NCBI GenBank assembly: GCA_028279645.1
Contig: JANQNJ010000023.1
Span: forward strand, 11,754-35,753
Origin: Thermoplasmatota archaeon
GTDB lineage: Archaea; Thermoplasmatota; JAKEGO01; JANQNJ01
Length of the DNA stretch: 24,000 nucleotides
Reading direction: 5' to 3'
In this document: positions 1-8,163 of the stretch, one piece after another
How the letters are laid out: each line of letters starts with the position of its first letter
Position numbering within the stretch: the stretch's first letter is position 1
Position numbers and translations under genes: made by a program
Notes under the pieces: generated by a model
Seen by the model: only the letters and a program-made list of their open reading frames with translations
Databases searched by the model: none
Told to the model about the DNA's origin: nothing

Positions 1-3000
1 ATCGGGATGGGTCACATTTACTCGGATGGAACAATTGACTATTGTGACATTATAGATGCGATAGAACCCTTGGTTATCCGTAGACATCTGTCCGCTGCCG
101 CATTTCCCCAGATAGACATACGCTCCTTTGATCGGGCTGCCTTCCTCATCCTTGACATATCCCGAAAGGACGCCGGGATTCTCCCATTCGACATCGTCTG
201 GCTCGTCAGACCAAGGTTTCATCAATGGATATCTGTCGGTGGCATTACCGTCTCCATCCAGGTAATATGGTGTATCACCGATCCCATCCCCATCCGAATC
301 GGTTCCGTCGTAATCGGACCAGTAATTACCAACAGAGCCATTATCCCAGTAGCTCACGTTATTATCCGTGCTTGCCTGTGCAGTCTCGGGGCTATTATCA
401 ATGAAATCATTGTTCTCGAATAGGTCATCACTGCCATTGGGTGGAGGGGTATCATAAACGTATACGCCATAATTACTATTGTTCTCAATTCTATTGTATC
501 GAATTAGATTATGTCGCGTACTCTGAAGGTAGATACCTGATTCATTATTCGCAGAGATAGAGCATTTCTGGATCGTTAGATTATGAGTTCCTCTGAGCTC
601 AAGGCCGTGTCTCTCGTTCGAATGAAAGCTCGAGGAATTGATAGAACCATTCCCTGTATCTCCATACATGAGGATTCCCGATTGAGCGTTTTCGCTTATC
701 GAACAGTTCTGAATATTGATTTGCTGGCACGTATGAAAGCGGATGCCGGCCTGTCTGGTGCTTCCGCGGAATGTGCAATTGAAGAGCTGAATATCAATAC
801 AATCCGAGAAAAGAGCGCAATAACCACTTGAATTTAGGAATTGAGAATCTTTGATGATCAATCGATTGCATTTCTCTGCGTCGAAGGTAGCGCCCAGACT
901 GCCACTATCGCCAATAACCGTCACGTTTCTGATAACGACATTATCCGCATTAACCTTGAAATGCGATCCTTCTTCATCCAGATCAATGAAAGTCGATGTA
1001 GATCTGTTTCCAATGAGCATTAACTGTTTCTTCAATGAAATGTTACCTATATAGGATCCGGAATAAATCCGGATCATATCCCCAAGTTTTGCCGAATCAA
1101 TAGCGAGCTGAACATTATCGAAATCGGCCCACGAACCATTATCATCATCGACGATCCATGTCCTAGGCGACCCTATCACGAATGATCCGTTCCACAGCTT
1201 CATCAGCGGATATCGATCTGTAGAGTTGTCTCCATCTATGGAATATGGTGTATCCCCGATCCCGTCCTCGTCCGAATCTTCACCATCATAGTCCGACCAA
1301 TAATTACCATACGTACCTGTGTCCCATTTGGTATGACTACCTCTATCGAATGCCTGGACCCCTCCATCATTGTTGTCAATGAGGTTGTTCAAGTAGATCT
1401 CATTGTATTCACAAAATAAAGGAACATTGACCCCATAAAAATCCTGATCGACCATCGTGTTGTTGTCGATAATGTTGTGATCTGATCCGTTCTTCAATTT
1501 GATACCGTTCTCGGCATCCGGGTGGACGGCTTCCCAACCATTGTTGTATTTGATGGTATTGAAGCATATGTGATTGTATGAGCCATCGCTGATGATGATC
1601 CCGCCCTTGGTATTCCTGATGACCTTATTATTGATCAATAGATTGTACTCACCCGATATTGAGATACCCATCCGGAAGTTCTTGGACACCAGATTGTCTT
1701 CAATGAGGTTGTTGGAACCATTGATTACGATACCAGAACCTTCTGTGTTGTTGTGGACATTACAATCGGAAATCGTATTCATATCTGAAAATACGTGAAT
1801 TGCTTCCTGGTCATTTCCAGATCCTGTGATCTCGAATCCAGTGAGCCGGACCATATTCGCTCTAATGGAAACCGCTCTCCAATTCTTGCGTGCGTCGATC
1901 TTGGTTGAAGAGGATCCGTTTCCTACGACTTTCAAACTCTTCTCAATTATCAGTCGTTCCTTATAGGTTCCATTGAAAACCCTTATCTTATCCCCATTTT
2001 CAGCAGCATCCATCGCATCAGGTATATTATCGAAATCAGCCCAGGAGCCATTGTCGTCATCGACGATCCAAGTATCGTAGGCGAACTGTTCCGGTCCGCT
2101 CCAAGGAGCGATCAATGGGTACCGATCAGTGATATCACTGTTGCCTCCGATATTATACGGCTCATCGCCGATCCCATCCCCATTTGTATCACTACCGTCG
2201 TAATCCGACCAGTAATTGCCTACCGAGCCATTGTCCCAAAGGTTGTCATCGTCCTTGTTGTCGTAGGCCTGACTCAACTTGCCATTGTTTATGAACGTGT
2301 TCCAATAGACCATATTCTCTCGAGAGGAATCCGAGCTTGGCGCTCCGAGCTCAACACCGTATTCTCCATTATCTCTGAATAGATTGCCGTAGATCGTCAC
2401 ATCGATGGCGTCATAGTTGAAATCCAATCCATCATCAGAATTATTATGGAATACATTGTTCCGGAAGGTCACCCCATAGCTGATGTGAACGTGAAAACCG
2501 TCCAGGCCGTTGTCGAAGACCTCGCAGTTTTCGAACACGGTCCCTTTATGGATAGCATTTAGATATGCTCCTTGTTTCCCGTTCGAGTAGATACTGCAAT
2601 TACGAATTGTATTATCATATGTGTAGCCGCCGATCCCAAGACCCCGCTCGGTATTATTGAACATCGAACAATCCTCGAGGGTCATGTTGTTACAGTCATC
2701 GGTTGTGTAAAAACCGTAGTCCCCGTTCTCATAGAAGTCGCATTCCTTTATCTGATGCCCACTCGAGTATTCTATCCTGACACCTACGTTGAAACGTTTG
2801 ACATCAACACGTAACAATGAGATATTCGCTCTCTCTACCCATATGCCAATACCATCTTCATCTCCACTTACCAGGATGTTCTTAATAACACAGTTTGAAG
2901 ATTGTACATCTACCGTGATCGATCGATTGTAGGATATTATCGTGGTCCTGTCGGTGCCGTTTCCTATTATCGTCAACTTCTTCTCTATCAATAGATCCTC

Positions 3001-4497
3001 TGTATAGGTACCATTGTACACGAGGATAGTATCTCCGGCCCTTGAATTATCGATCGCTCCTTGAATGGTATTGTACTCGGCCCATGATCCGTTATCGTCG
3101 TCGACGGTCCAGGTATGTACCTCTTCCATGGTAATGTTGTGCCAGGTGTCGTTGCCGATACCGATCGATGATGTGACCGATCTATAGCCTTGAGCATAGG
3201 CAGTGACCTTCTTCGTGCAGTTGCATATCCAGATATCGTTCATAACGTAGGAGCCGTTTGTATCTGTCTTGGTCTGTTGGAGACGATCATGATATTCGAG
3301 ACTGATCAGAACATCCTTTATCGGATCACCTGATCCATCCTCAACATATCCGGACAGCTTGCCATCGTGCTCCGGCTCATAAGGATGCAATGAACCGTTC
3401 CATGGCGCCATCAATGGATGGTCATCAGAAGCGTTTGCATCGCCATTCAGTTCATATGAGATATCTCCGATACCGTCGCCGTCCGAATCCGTGCCGTTGT
3501 AATCGGACCAATAATTACCGACCGAACCGTTGTCCCAGTGCTCGTCGTCATTATCCCCATCCTGGAAACCCTGAGGGGTTTTGTTATTCCCTTTGAACGT
3601 GTTCCAATAGATATGTATGCGAATCGAGCTGGTTAGTTCTAATCCGTATGCATCGTTATCACAAATGGTGTTGCCATAGACATGGACCGAGTCCCCCACT
3701 GCTATGTCAATGCCGTCCTCAGAATTGTTGTGAATATGATTGTTGCGTACGACAATGTTATCCGGGCCGGATATATGAAAACCATCATACTGATTGTGAT
3801 GGACGACGCAATCCTCGACAATGGAACCGTCATCGACCGGGATATAGGCGCCATGGATATGGTTTCCATATATCGAACATCCTCGGACTATAATGTGATA
3901 GGAATAGGAACTCAACCGCAGACCGGAGTCCGAGTTGTTGAAGATAGAACAGTTCAGTATGGTTATGTTGTTACAGCTTCCTTGCGTTCGCATTCCCCAT
4001 CCTGTATTATTGAAGATCCGACAACCTTCAAGATGGTGCCCATCTGTGTATTCCGTGAAGATACCAGTACCAAAGAAGCTCACGTCTGTTTTCTTCAAAG
4101 TGAAGTCGTCTTCTTCGATGATTATACCTATGTATTTGCTGTTACCGTAAACGGAGATGCCTTCTATAGACACATTTGCAGCTTCGACAGTTATGATCCT
4201 GTTGTGACTCTTGCCTTTGATGTATGAATTCCCTGTACCATTCCCGGATAGACTAACTGATCTATTGATATTGATATCCTCATGATATGTCCCGGCGTAG
4301 ATCCTTATGAGATCTCCATTTTCACACTCATCCAGTGCATCCTGAATATTATCATGATCCGCCCCCGCCCAATCATCATCGACAATCCAGGTCTTCCCTC
4401 CAACGGTACCAATGAACACCATCCCTAAGAACAGGATCAACCCGATCACGATCATCCTAACAGGAAAATGACAAGACCTCCCAAAACGAAACCTCAT
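1..4497 (-). CDS. Giant secreted right-handed beta-helix (PbH1/NosD-like) repeat surface protein, paralog C. The 5' end is complete and the 3' end runs off the left edge of the window.
   Basis: It is not in the supplied ORF track because it has no in-window stop. I read plus-strand triplets 1-3, 4-6 and so on up to 4497 and found no tta, cta or tca, so the minus frame is open for 1499 codons. ATG is at 4497-4495. Translation begins MRFRFGRSCHFPVRMIVIGLILFLGMVFIGTVGGKTWIVDDDWAGADHDNIQDALDEC, collinear with the N-termini of the paralogs at 4648-8004 and 8164-13722. There are four complete modules. Each opens with a TW(I/T)VDDD...GD.I.V..G.Y motif and closes with GNYWSDY.G.D.DGDGIGD..Y....D.YPL. 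Two CarboxypepD_reg-like inserts are present. Start choice is less certain: in-frame ATGs also occur at 4581 and 4455. Confidence 0.85.
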   Translation of the reverse strand, partial: MRFRFGRSCHFPVRMIVIGLILFLGMVFIGTVGGKTWIVDDDWAGADHDNIQDALDECENGDLIRIYAGTYHEDININRSVSLSGNGTGNSYIKGKSHNRIITVEAANVSIEGISVYGNSKYIGIIIEEDDFTLKKTDVSFFGTGIFTEYTDGHHLEGCRIFNNTGWGMRTQGSCNNITILNCSIFNNSDSGLRLSSYSYHIIVRGCSIYGNHIHGAYIPVDDGSIVEDCVVHHNQYDGFHISGPDNIVVRNNHIHNNSEDGIDIAVGDSVHVYGNTICDNDAYGLELTSSIRIHIYWNTFKGNNKTPQGFQDGDNDDEHWDNGSVGNYWSDYNGTDSDGDGIGDISYELNGDANASDDHPLMAPWNGSLHPYEPEHDGKLSGYVEDGSGDPIKDVLISLEYHDRLQQTKTDTNGSYVMNDIWICNCTKKVTAYAQGYRSVTSSIGIGNDTWHNITMEEVHTWTVDDDNGSWAEYNTIQGAIDNSRAGDTILVYNGTYTEDLLIEKKLTIIGNGTDRTTIISYNRSITVDVQSSNCVIKNILVSGDEDGIGIWVERANISLLRVDVKRFNVGVRIEYSSGHQIKECDFYENGDYGFYTTDDCNNMTLEDCSMFNNTERGLGIGGYTYDNTIRNCSIYSNGKQGAYLNAIHKGTVFENCEVFDNGLDGFHVHISYGVTFRNNVFHNNSDDGLDFNYDAIDVTIYGNLFRDNGEYGVELGAPSSDSSRENMVYWNTFINNGKLSQAYDNKDDDNLWDNGSVGNYWSDYDGSDTNGDGIGDEPYNIGGNSDITDRYPLIAPWSGPEQFAYDTWIVDDDNGSWADFDNIPDAMDAAENGDKIRVFNGTYKERLIIEKSLKVVGNGSSSTKIDARKNWRAVSIRANMVRLTGFEITGSGNDQEAIHVFSDMNTISDCNVHNNTEGSGIVINGSNNLIEDNLVSKNFRMGISISGEYNLLINNKVIRNTKGGIIISDGSYNHICFNTIKYNNGWEAVHPDAENGIKLKNGSDHNIIDNNTMVDQDFYGVNVPLFCEYNEIYLNNLIDNNDGGVQAFDRGSHTKWDTGTYGNYWSDYDGEDSDEDGIGDTPYSIDGDNSTDRYPLMKLWNGSFVIGSPRTWIVDDDNGSWADFDNVQLAIDSAKLGDMIRIYSGSYIGNISLKKQLMLIGNRSTSTFIDLDEEGSHFKVNADNVVIRNVTVIGDSGSLGATFDAEKCNRLIIKDSQFLNSSGYCALFSDCIDIQLFNCTFRGSTRQAGIRFHTCQQINIQNCSISENAQSGILMYGDTGNGSINSSSFHSNERHGLELRGTHNLTIQKCSISANNESGIYLQSTRHNLIRYNRIENNSNYGVYVYDTPPPNGSDDLFENNDFIDNSPETAQASTDNNVSYWDNGSVGNYWSDYDGTDSDGDGIGDTPYYLDGDGNATDRYPLMKPWSDEPDDVEWENPGVLSGYVKDEEGSPIKGAYVYLGKCGSGQMSTDNQGFYRIYNVTIVNCSIRVNVTHPD
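3121..3363 (-). other. CarboxypepD_reg-like beta-sandwich insert between beta-helix modules 1 and 2 of paralog C
   Basis: Translation is GKLSGYVEDGSGDPIKDVLISLEYHDRLQQTKTDTNGSYVMNDIWICNCTKKVTAYAQGYRSVTSSIGIGNDTWHNITMEE. The G.V.D..G.PI..A.V.L......T.TD..G.Y pattern is typical of carboxypeptidase-regulatory-like domains. A second copy lies at 1-177 (GVLSGYVKDEEGSPIKGAYVYLGKCGSGQMSTDNQGFYRIYNV). Confidence 0.55.
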
Positions 4498-4639
4498 ATC
4501 GAATACCTCCGATGCAATTGACTCAAATGACGACCATCGTTTTTCATGCAGACTCCTCCCCGATGGCGGTATACCTATCATTGTCCCAGAGGTATTATAT
4601 TACAATTGGAAGGCGGTTGGTAGGATATTTAAAGCTTTT
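4494..4639 (-). promoter_or_regulatory. Promoter and leader of paralog C: BRE/TATA-like box, then a 17-codon upstream ORF whose TGA overlaps the main ATG
   Basis: The minus strand reads AAAGCTTTAAATATCC (plus 4624-4639), a good archaeal BRE/TATA match. A second AT-rich box, TAATATAATACC, lies at plus 4591-4602. GGGGAGGAG sits 5 nt before ATG 4547. The uORF (4547-4494) encodes MKNDGRHLSQLHRRYSI and ends in ATATGAGG, where its TGA (4496-4494) overlaps the main ATG (4497-4495). Confidence 0.4.
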
Positions 4640-4647
4640 GGTCTCGA

Positions 4648-7600
4648 TCAATCACTTCTGTTGGTGTAACAACGTCTGAACTGACCTTCCTTTTCGAGCC
4701 TGACCTTGCCGATCCTCTCAAGCATCTTGATGTTGTAGTTCACGGTCTGCTGTCGCTTTTCAAGGATCTTGGCGATCTCCTTCTGGAAGATACCCGGGTG
4801 AGACTCGATGGTCTTCAAGATGTCGATCTGAAGCTCACTCAGTCTGAACTTCTCATCCTTTGGGAACTTCATTCCTGTTGGATAGAAGGCTCTGAACCTG
4901 AGCCCTTCTCTTCGAGATTTTATCAGTTCCATCTTCTCTAGTGTGTAGAGATGATGAGAGAGTGTACCGTTTGTAACCTCAAGTTCCTTTAGGATCTTCG
5001 TATAGTGTACACCAGGATTGGTCTTCACGTAGCCGTAGATCTGGCCCCGGACGAAGTTGTCGAGGACCTCGTCCTTGGAGCGATCCTTCATTCGGGCATA
5101 CATCGATGCGAATGCGCCTATCAATAGGAACTTTCCTGTTTCGGTGAGGGCGATCAACGAAATTACAGACAGGCTGATAATTGCGCCTATCCCGACCTTC
5201 TCTGATGGCGAGAGTGGTCTGATTATGGAACCGTCATCGCTTTCGCTCCTCGGGTCTTCATCATCGGTGGAATTATTCTTAATGAAGATGTAGATAACCT
5301 TGGTATTGGAAAAGTGGTTGCCATCATAGGACCTTAATGAGACGGTGGTATTACCATTAGGGAAATCCGTGATCGGCAATGATATGGTCCACAGGTCGGT
5401 ACCATTGGCGATATTCCAAGTATCATTTGCGATCTTGATATTTACTGAGACTACAATTCTATTATCAGAAGCGCTTCCCGCCAGCGTCAGAACATCAGAG
5501 ACCACGGTTCCATTTAGTGGAGCTGAAATGGATATTGATGGTGGTTTTTGATCTCGAGTGTTACCAGGTTGCATCAACGGATAGATATCTTTGCTATTAC
5601 CACCCCCATCTATTGGGTATGATGTATCCCCTATGCCGTCATTGTTATGATCGGTCCCGTTGTAATCAGACCAATAATTACCTCCGCTCCCACTGTACCA
5701 CGTGTTTTCATTCGAGTCATCATTGCATTGTGATCGAGAGACCTTGTTATCAATGAACATATTTTGAGTGACAACGTTATCTCCAGTTTGGTTCTCGTGA
5801 TTTCTGAAATCTATCCCATAGCCATCGTTATTGGAGATATTGTTGTAGGTAATCGTTATTCTATTCCCAAATATATCTAAGCCCTCAGCCGAATTCCCAA
5901 TTATTGTACAATTATCAATCAGTATGTCATGAGCGGAAATGTCAATGCCTGAAGACCCTGAATTGGAAATTGAACTATTCAGTATCATCGCATGATTAGT
6001 TCCCCATAAATAAAGACCATCATAGTTACTATTCTCAATTGTGCAATTTCGTATAGTTAAATAATCACCGTTATGAAGATAAATACCATGGGCGGCGGAA
6101 TCATTCACAATAGTATCACGGATTTCATTTGTAAGGTTATATGGATTACGACCCTCGATCTTAATGCCATAGGATTTTTCAATTATGCAGGAGGTTATCG
6201 TATAACCTGAATACTCTTCTAACCGAATCCCGTCTGGATTGTTCTTGAATGTACAATTGTCAATGATCACATGATAGAATTCGTTCTCTCTCCTTGGATC
6301 CCGCCCGAAAATGGAGAATTCATCGTTGTTCTTGAAAGTACAATTACGTACTGTTAAATTCGATCCGGAAAATCGCAAACCGTTATAATTACCGTTCATG
6401 GTGGAATTTTGAATAGTAAGGAAGTTGCCTTGATGATAGATCCCTACGCCAGTGTGATCTTTTATGATGCAATCGGATAGAGTAACATGATCTCTTCGAT
6501 TGATCTCGCAACCACTTCCTCTATCTGTCGAAGAAAGAATAGTGAATCCGTGGACAGTGACTCTATTTGCGGATATCAGTAGGGGGTCTTCGTCATCGGT
6601 TTTACCATTTCCAATGATCGTTGTGTTCGCCGAGCCGTTACCGATTAACTTTATCCTTTTTGTAATATTGACGAAGGAATTATAGGTACCATTGAACACG
6701 TAAATCGAATCATATGGGTTCGAATTATTGATGGCGTCCTGTATACTGGTATAGTTGGACCAGTTACCCACATCGTCATCTACAACCCAAACTGTGGGTG
6801 AAGGAAGTTCGATGTCTCTCATCATCGGATAAATATCCTCTGATCCAGATGTTCCCGAGATCGTCATTGGTTGATCACCGGTTCCATCAATATCAAGATC
6901 GGTTCCCGAATAATCAGACCAATAATTTCCTTCGCCGATTTGATACCAACTGGTTCCACCGCAATTGTCTAGGGCTTGGGTCTCGTTGCCGTTGTTCCAG
7001 ATGAAGTCGTTATCATAAACCAGATTCTGTGAGAAGGAATAGTTTCTCGAGAAATGTTTATTTGGCGAGAACCTGACTCCATATCGGGAGTTGTTATCGA
7101 TTGTATTGTGTGTGATCGAAATGTTGTAAAAATGACCTGATCGATCAGGATTGAAATCGATTCCGTAAATATGATTCCGGCTAATTGAATTGTTAGATAT
7201 CTGAACATTGTTCGTGTTATCCATGCAGAACCCAGATCGAACATTACCTACCAATTCGTTATCCAGAACCAGGAGTCCCGCCACATTACCTGTTGTCCAA
7301 ATTCCATTATAACCGTTGTATCTACAAGAATTGTTGATGACTGAAGAATTAAAACTATCATAGATCACTGAAATTCCATCAACATCGTTGTATTCACAGG
7401 TATTGTTCAGAATGAAAGTATTTTCTGAGCTATAGAACATTAATCCTCTTCCTTTGTTTTCAAAGATGATGTTTCCATCGATCCGACTATTGTTCACATA
7501 ATAGAAATCTAATCCACCATCATTATTTGAGACTAGATTATCTTCAAACGTGAGGTTGTAGCAATTCCTTGCGATGACTGCATCATCATTGTTCGCAATG

Positions 7601-8004
7601 TTAAGCTTGTAAAAGGAGCAATGAGAACTATTAAAGAGTTCGATACCGCAATATTTTATTTTATTACTATGGATCTCACCGCTGTTCCTAATTGTCAATG
7701 AGGAAATATGAACATTATCGCTTATGATTCTGATTACATCCCCGATATTATCTCCATCAATAATGGTATTCGAACCGTTTCCAATGATTGTCAAGGGTTT
7801 CGAAATTCGGACACGTTCTATGTAGGTGCCGTTGAATATTCTTATTGTGTCAAATTCCGAAGTTCCATTATAGGCTTCTGCGAGTGTGTTGAAATCCGCT
7901 CCCGCCCAATCATCATCAACGATCCAAGTCTTCCCACTCCCGTTACCCGCCACCAGCACGAGAATAAATAAAAGACCTCCCATGATATACACATAATGTC
8001 TCAT
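4648..8004 (-). CDS. Giant surface beta-helix protein with C-terminal TM anchor and cytoplasmic double winged-helix module, paralog A (1118 aa)
   Basis: Complete ORF in the track. The N-terminus MRHYVYIMGGLLFILVLVAGNGSGKTWIVDDDWAGADF is signal-peptide-like. There are two beta-helix modules with many 20-25 aa PbH1-like coils (I.NN...GI.L..S.N..I.NN). The module ends are GNYWSDYSGTDLDIDGTGDQP...DIYPMM and GGNYWSDYNGTDHNNDGIGDTSYPI...DIYPLM. An Ig-like stalk follows (PPSISISAPLNGTVVSDVLTLAGSASDNR...), then an acidic linker, a hydrophobic segment VGIGAIISLSVISLIALTETGKFLLIGAFASMY, and two wHTH-like domains. Confidence 0.9.
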   Translation of the reverse strand: MRHYVYIMGGLLFILVLVAGNGSGKTWIVDDDWAGADFNTLAEAYNGTSEFDTIRIFNGTYIERVRISKPLTIIGNGSNTIIDGDNIGDVIRIISDNVHISSLTIRNSGEIHSNKIKYCGIELFNSSHCSFYKLNIANNDDAVIARNCYNLTFEDNLVSNNDGGLDFYYVNNSRIDGNIIFENKGRGLMFYSSENTFILNNTCEYNDVDGISVIYDSFNSSVINNSCRYNGYNGIWTTGNVAGLLVLDNELVGNVRSGFCMDNTNNVQISNNSISRNHIYGIDFNPDRSGHFYNISITHNTIDNNSRYGVRFSPNKHFSRNYSFSQNLVYDNDFIWNNGNETQALDNCGGTSWYQIGEGNYWSDYSGTDLDIDGTGDQPMTISGTSGSEDIYPMMRDIELPSPTVWVVDDDVGNWSNYTSIQDAINNSNPYDSIYVFNGTYNSFVNITKRIKLIGNGSANTTIIGNGKTDDEDPLLISANRVTVHGFTILSSTDRGSGCEINRRDHVTLSDCIIKDHTGVGIYHQGNFLTIQNSTMNGNYNGLRFSGSNLTVRNCTFKNNDEFSIFGRDPRRENEFYHVIIDNCTFKNNPDGIRLEEYSGYTITSCIIEKSYGIKIEGRNPYNLTNEIRDTIVNDSAAHGIYLHNGDYLTIRNCTIENSNYDGLYLWGTNHAMILNSSISNSGSSGIDISAHDILIDNCTIIGNSAEGLDIFGNRITITYNNISNNDGYGIDFRNHENQTGDNVVTQNMFIDNKVSRSQCNDDSNENTWYSGSGGNYWSDYNGTDHNNDGIGDTSYPIDGGGNSKDIYPLMQPGNTRDQKPPSISISAPLNGTVVSDVLTLAGSASDNRIVVSVNIKIANDTWNIANGTDLWTISLPITDFPNGNTTVSLRSYDGNHFSNTKVIYIFIKNNSTDDEDPRSESDDGSIIRPLSPSEKVGIGAIISLSVISLIALTETGKFLLIGAFASMYARMKDRSKDEVLDNFVRGQIYGYVKTNPGVHYTKILKELEVTNGTLSHHLYTLEKMELIKSRREGLRFRAFYPTGMKFPKDEKFRLSELQIDILKTIESHPGIFQKEIAKILEKRQQTVNYNIKMLERIGKVRLEKEGQFRRCYTNRSD
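4651..5202 (-). other. TM segment (about 5098-5202) plus 149-aa cytoplasmic tandem winged-helix-turn-helix tail (4651-5097) of paralog A
   Basis: The tail reads ARMKDRSKDEVLDNFVRGQIYGYVKTNPGVHYTKILKELEVTNGTLSHHLYTLEKMELIKSRREGLRFRAFYPTG (wHTH 1) and LSELQIDILKTIESHPGIFQKEIAKILEKRQQTVNYNIKMLERIGKVRLEKEGQFRRCY (wHTH 2). Both follow the ArsR/MarR/TrmB-type helix-turn-helix-wing pattern. The basic residues directly after the hydrophobic stretch (ARMKDRSK) fit the positive-inside rule, which would place the tail in the cytoplasm. Confidence 0.7.
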
Positions 8005-8097
8005 TGAATGCTCCTCCTGATGCAGCCAAAGGGGGCGTCGAAATCCATTTGATCCCCTGTGTATATCATAGAACGTGGACTACGGCTTATATACAAA
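8001..8097 (-). promoter_or_regulatory. Promoter and conserved leader of paralog A: TATA-like box, conserved ATGATATACAC motif, uORF, SD-like GGAGGAG
   Basis: The minus strand reads TTTGTATATAAG (plus 8086-8097), then about 20 nt later ATGATATACACAGGGGATCAAATGGATTTCGACGCCCCCTTTGGCTGCATCAGGAGGAGCATTCAATGA. Most of this is shared with the leader of paralog B. The uORF encodes M(IYTGDQM)DFDAPFGCIRRSIQ. It starts at 8069 or 8048, and its TGA (8003-8001) overlaps the main ATG (8004-8002). Confidence 0.5.
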
Positions 8098-8163
8098 TTG
8101 GAAATGGATTTGGTATACTATTTAATCCTTGTGGTGGTAACGCAATCTAATGATAGGACCTAG

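Noticed and set aside
7-4227. Plus-strand track ORFs inside 1-4500 (7-423, 583-831, 841-1054, 1574-1798, 2572-2814, 3390-3596, 3648-3893, 3682-4227, 3935-4150) and the minus ORF 2988-3197
   Set aside because: All lie antisense to, or out of frame with, the 1499-codon minus-strand ORF, which has clear paralogs. Their translations are low-complexity or R/H/C-rich with no recognisable motifs.
4498-4581. Upstream in-frame ATG at 4581 as the start of paralog C (would add MIGIPPSGRSLHEKRWSSFESIASEVFD)
   Set aside because: The added residues are not signal-peptide-like and have no counterpart in paralogs A and B. The MR(F/H/Y)... start at 4497 aligns with them. It cannot be fully excluded.
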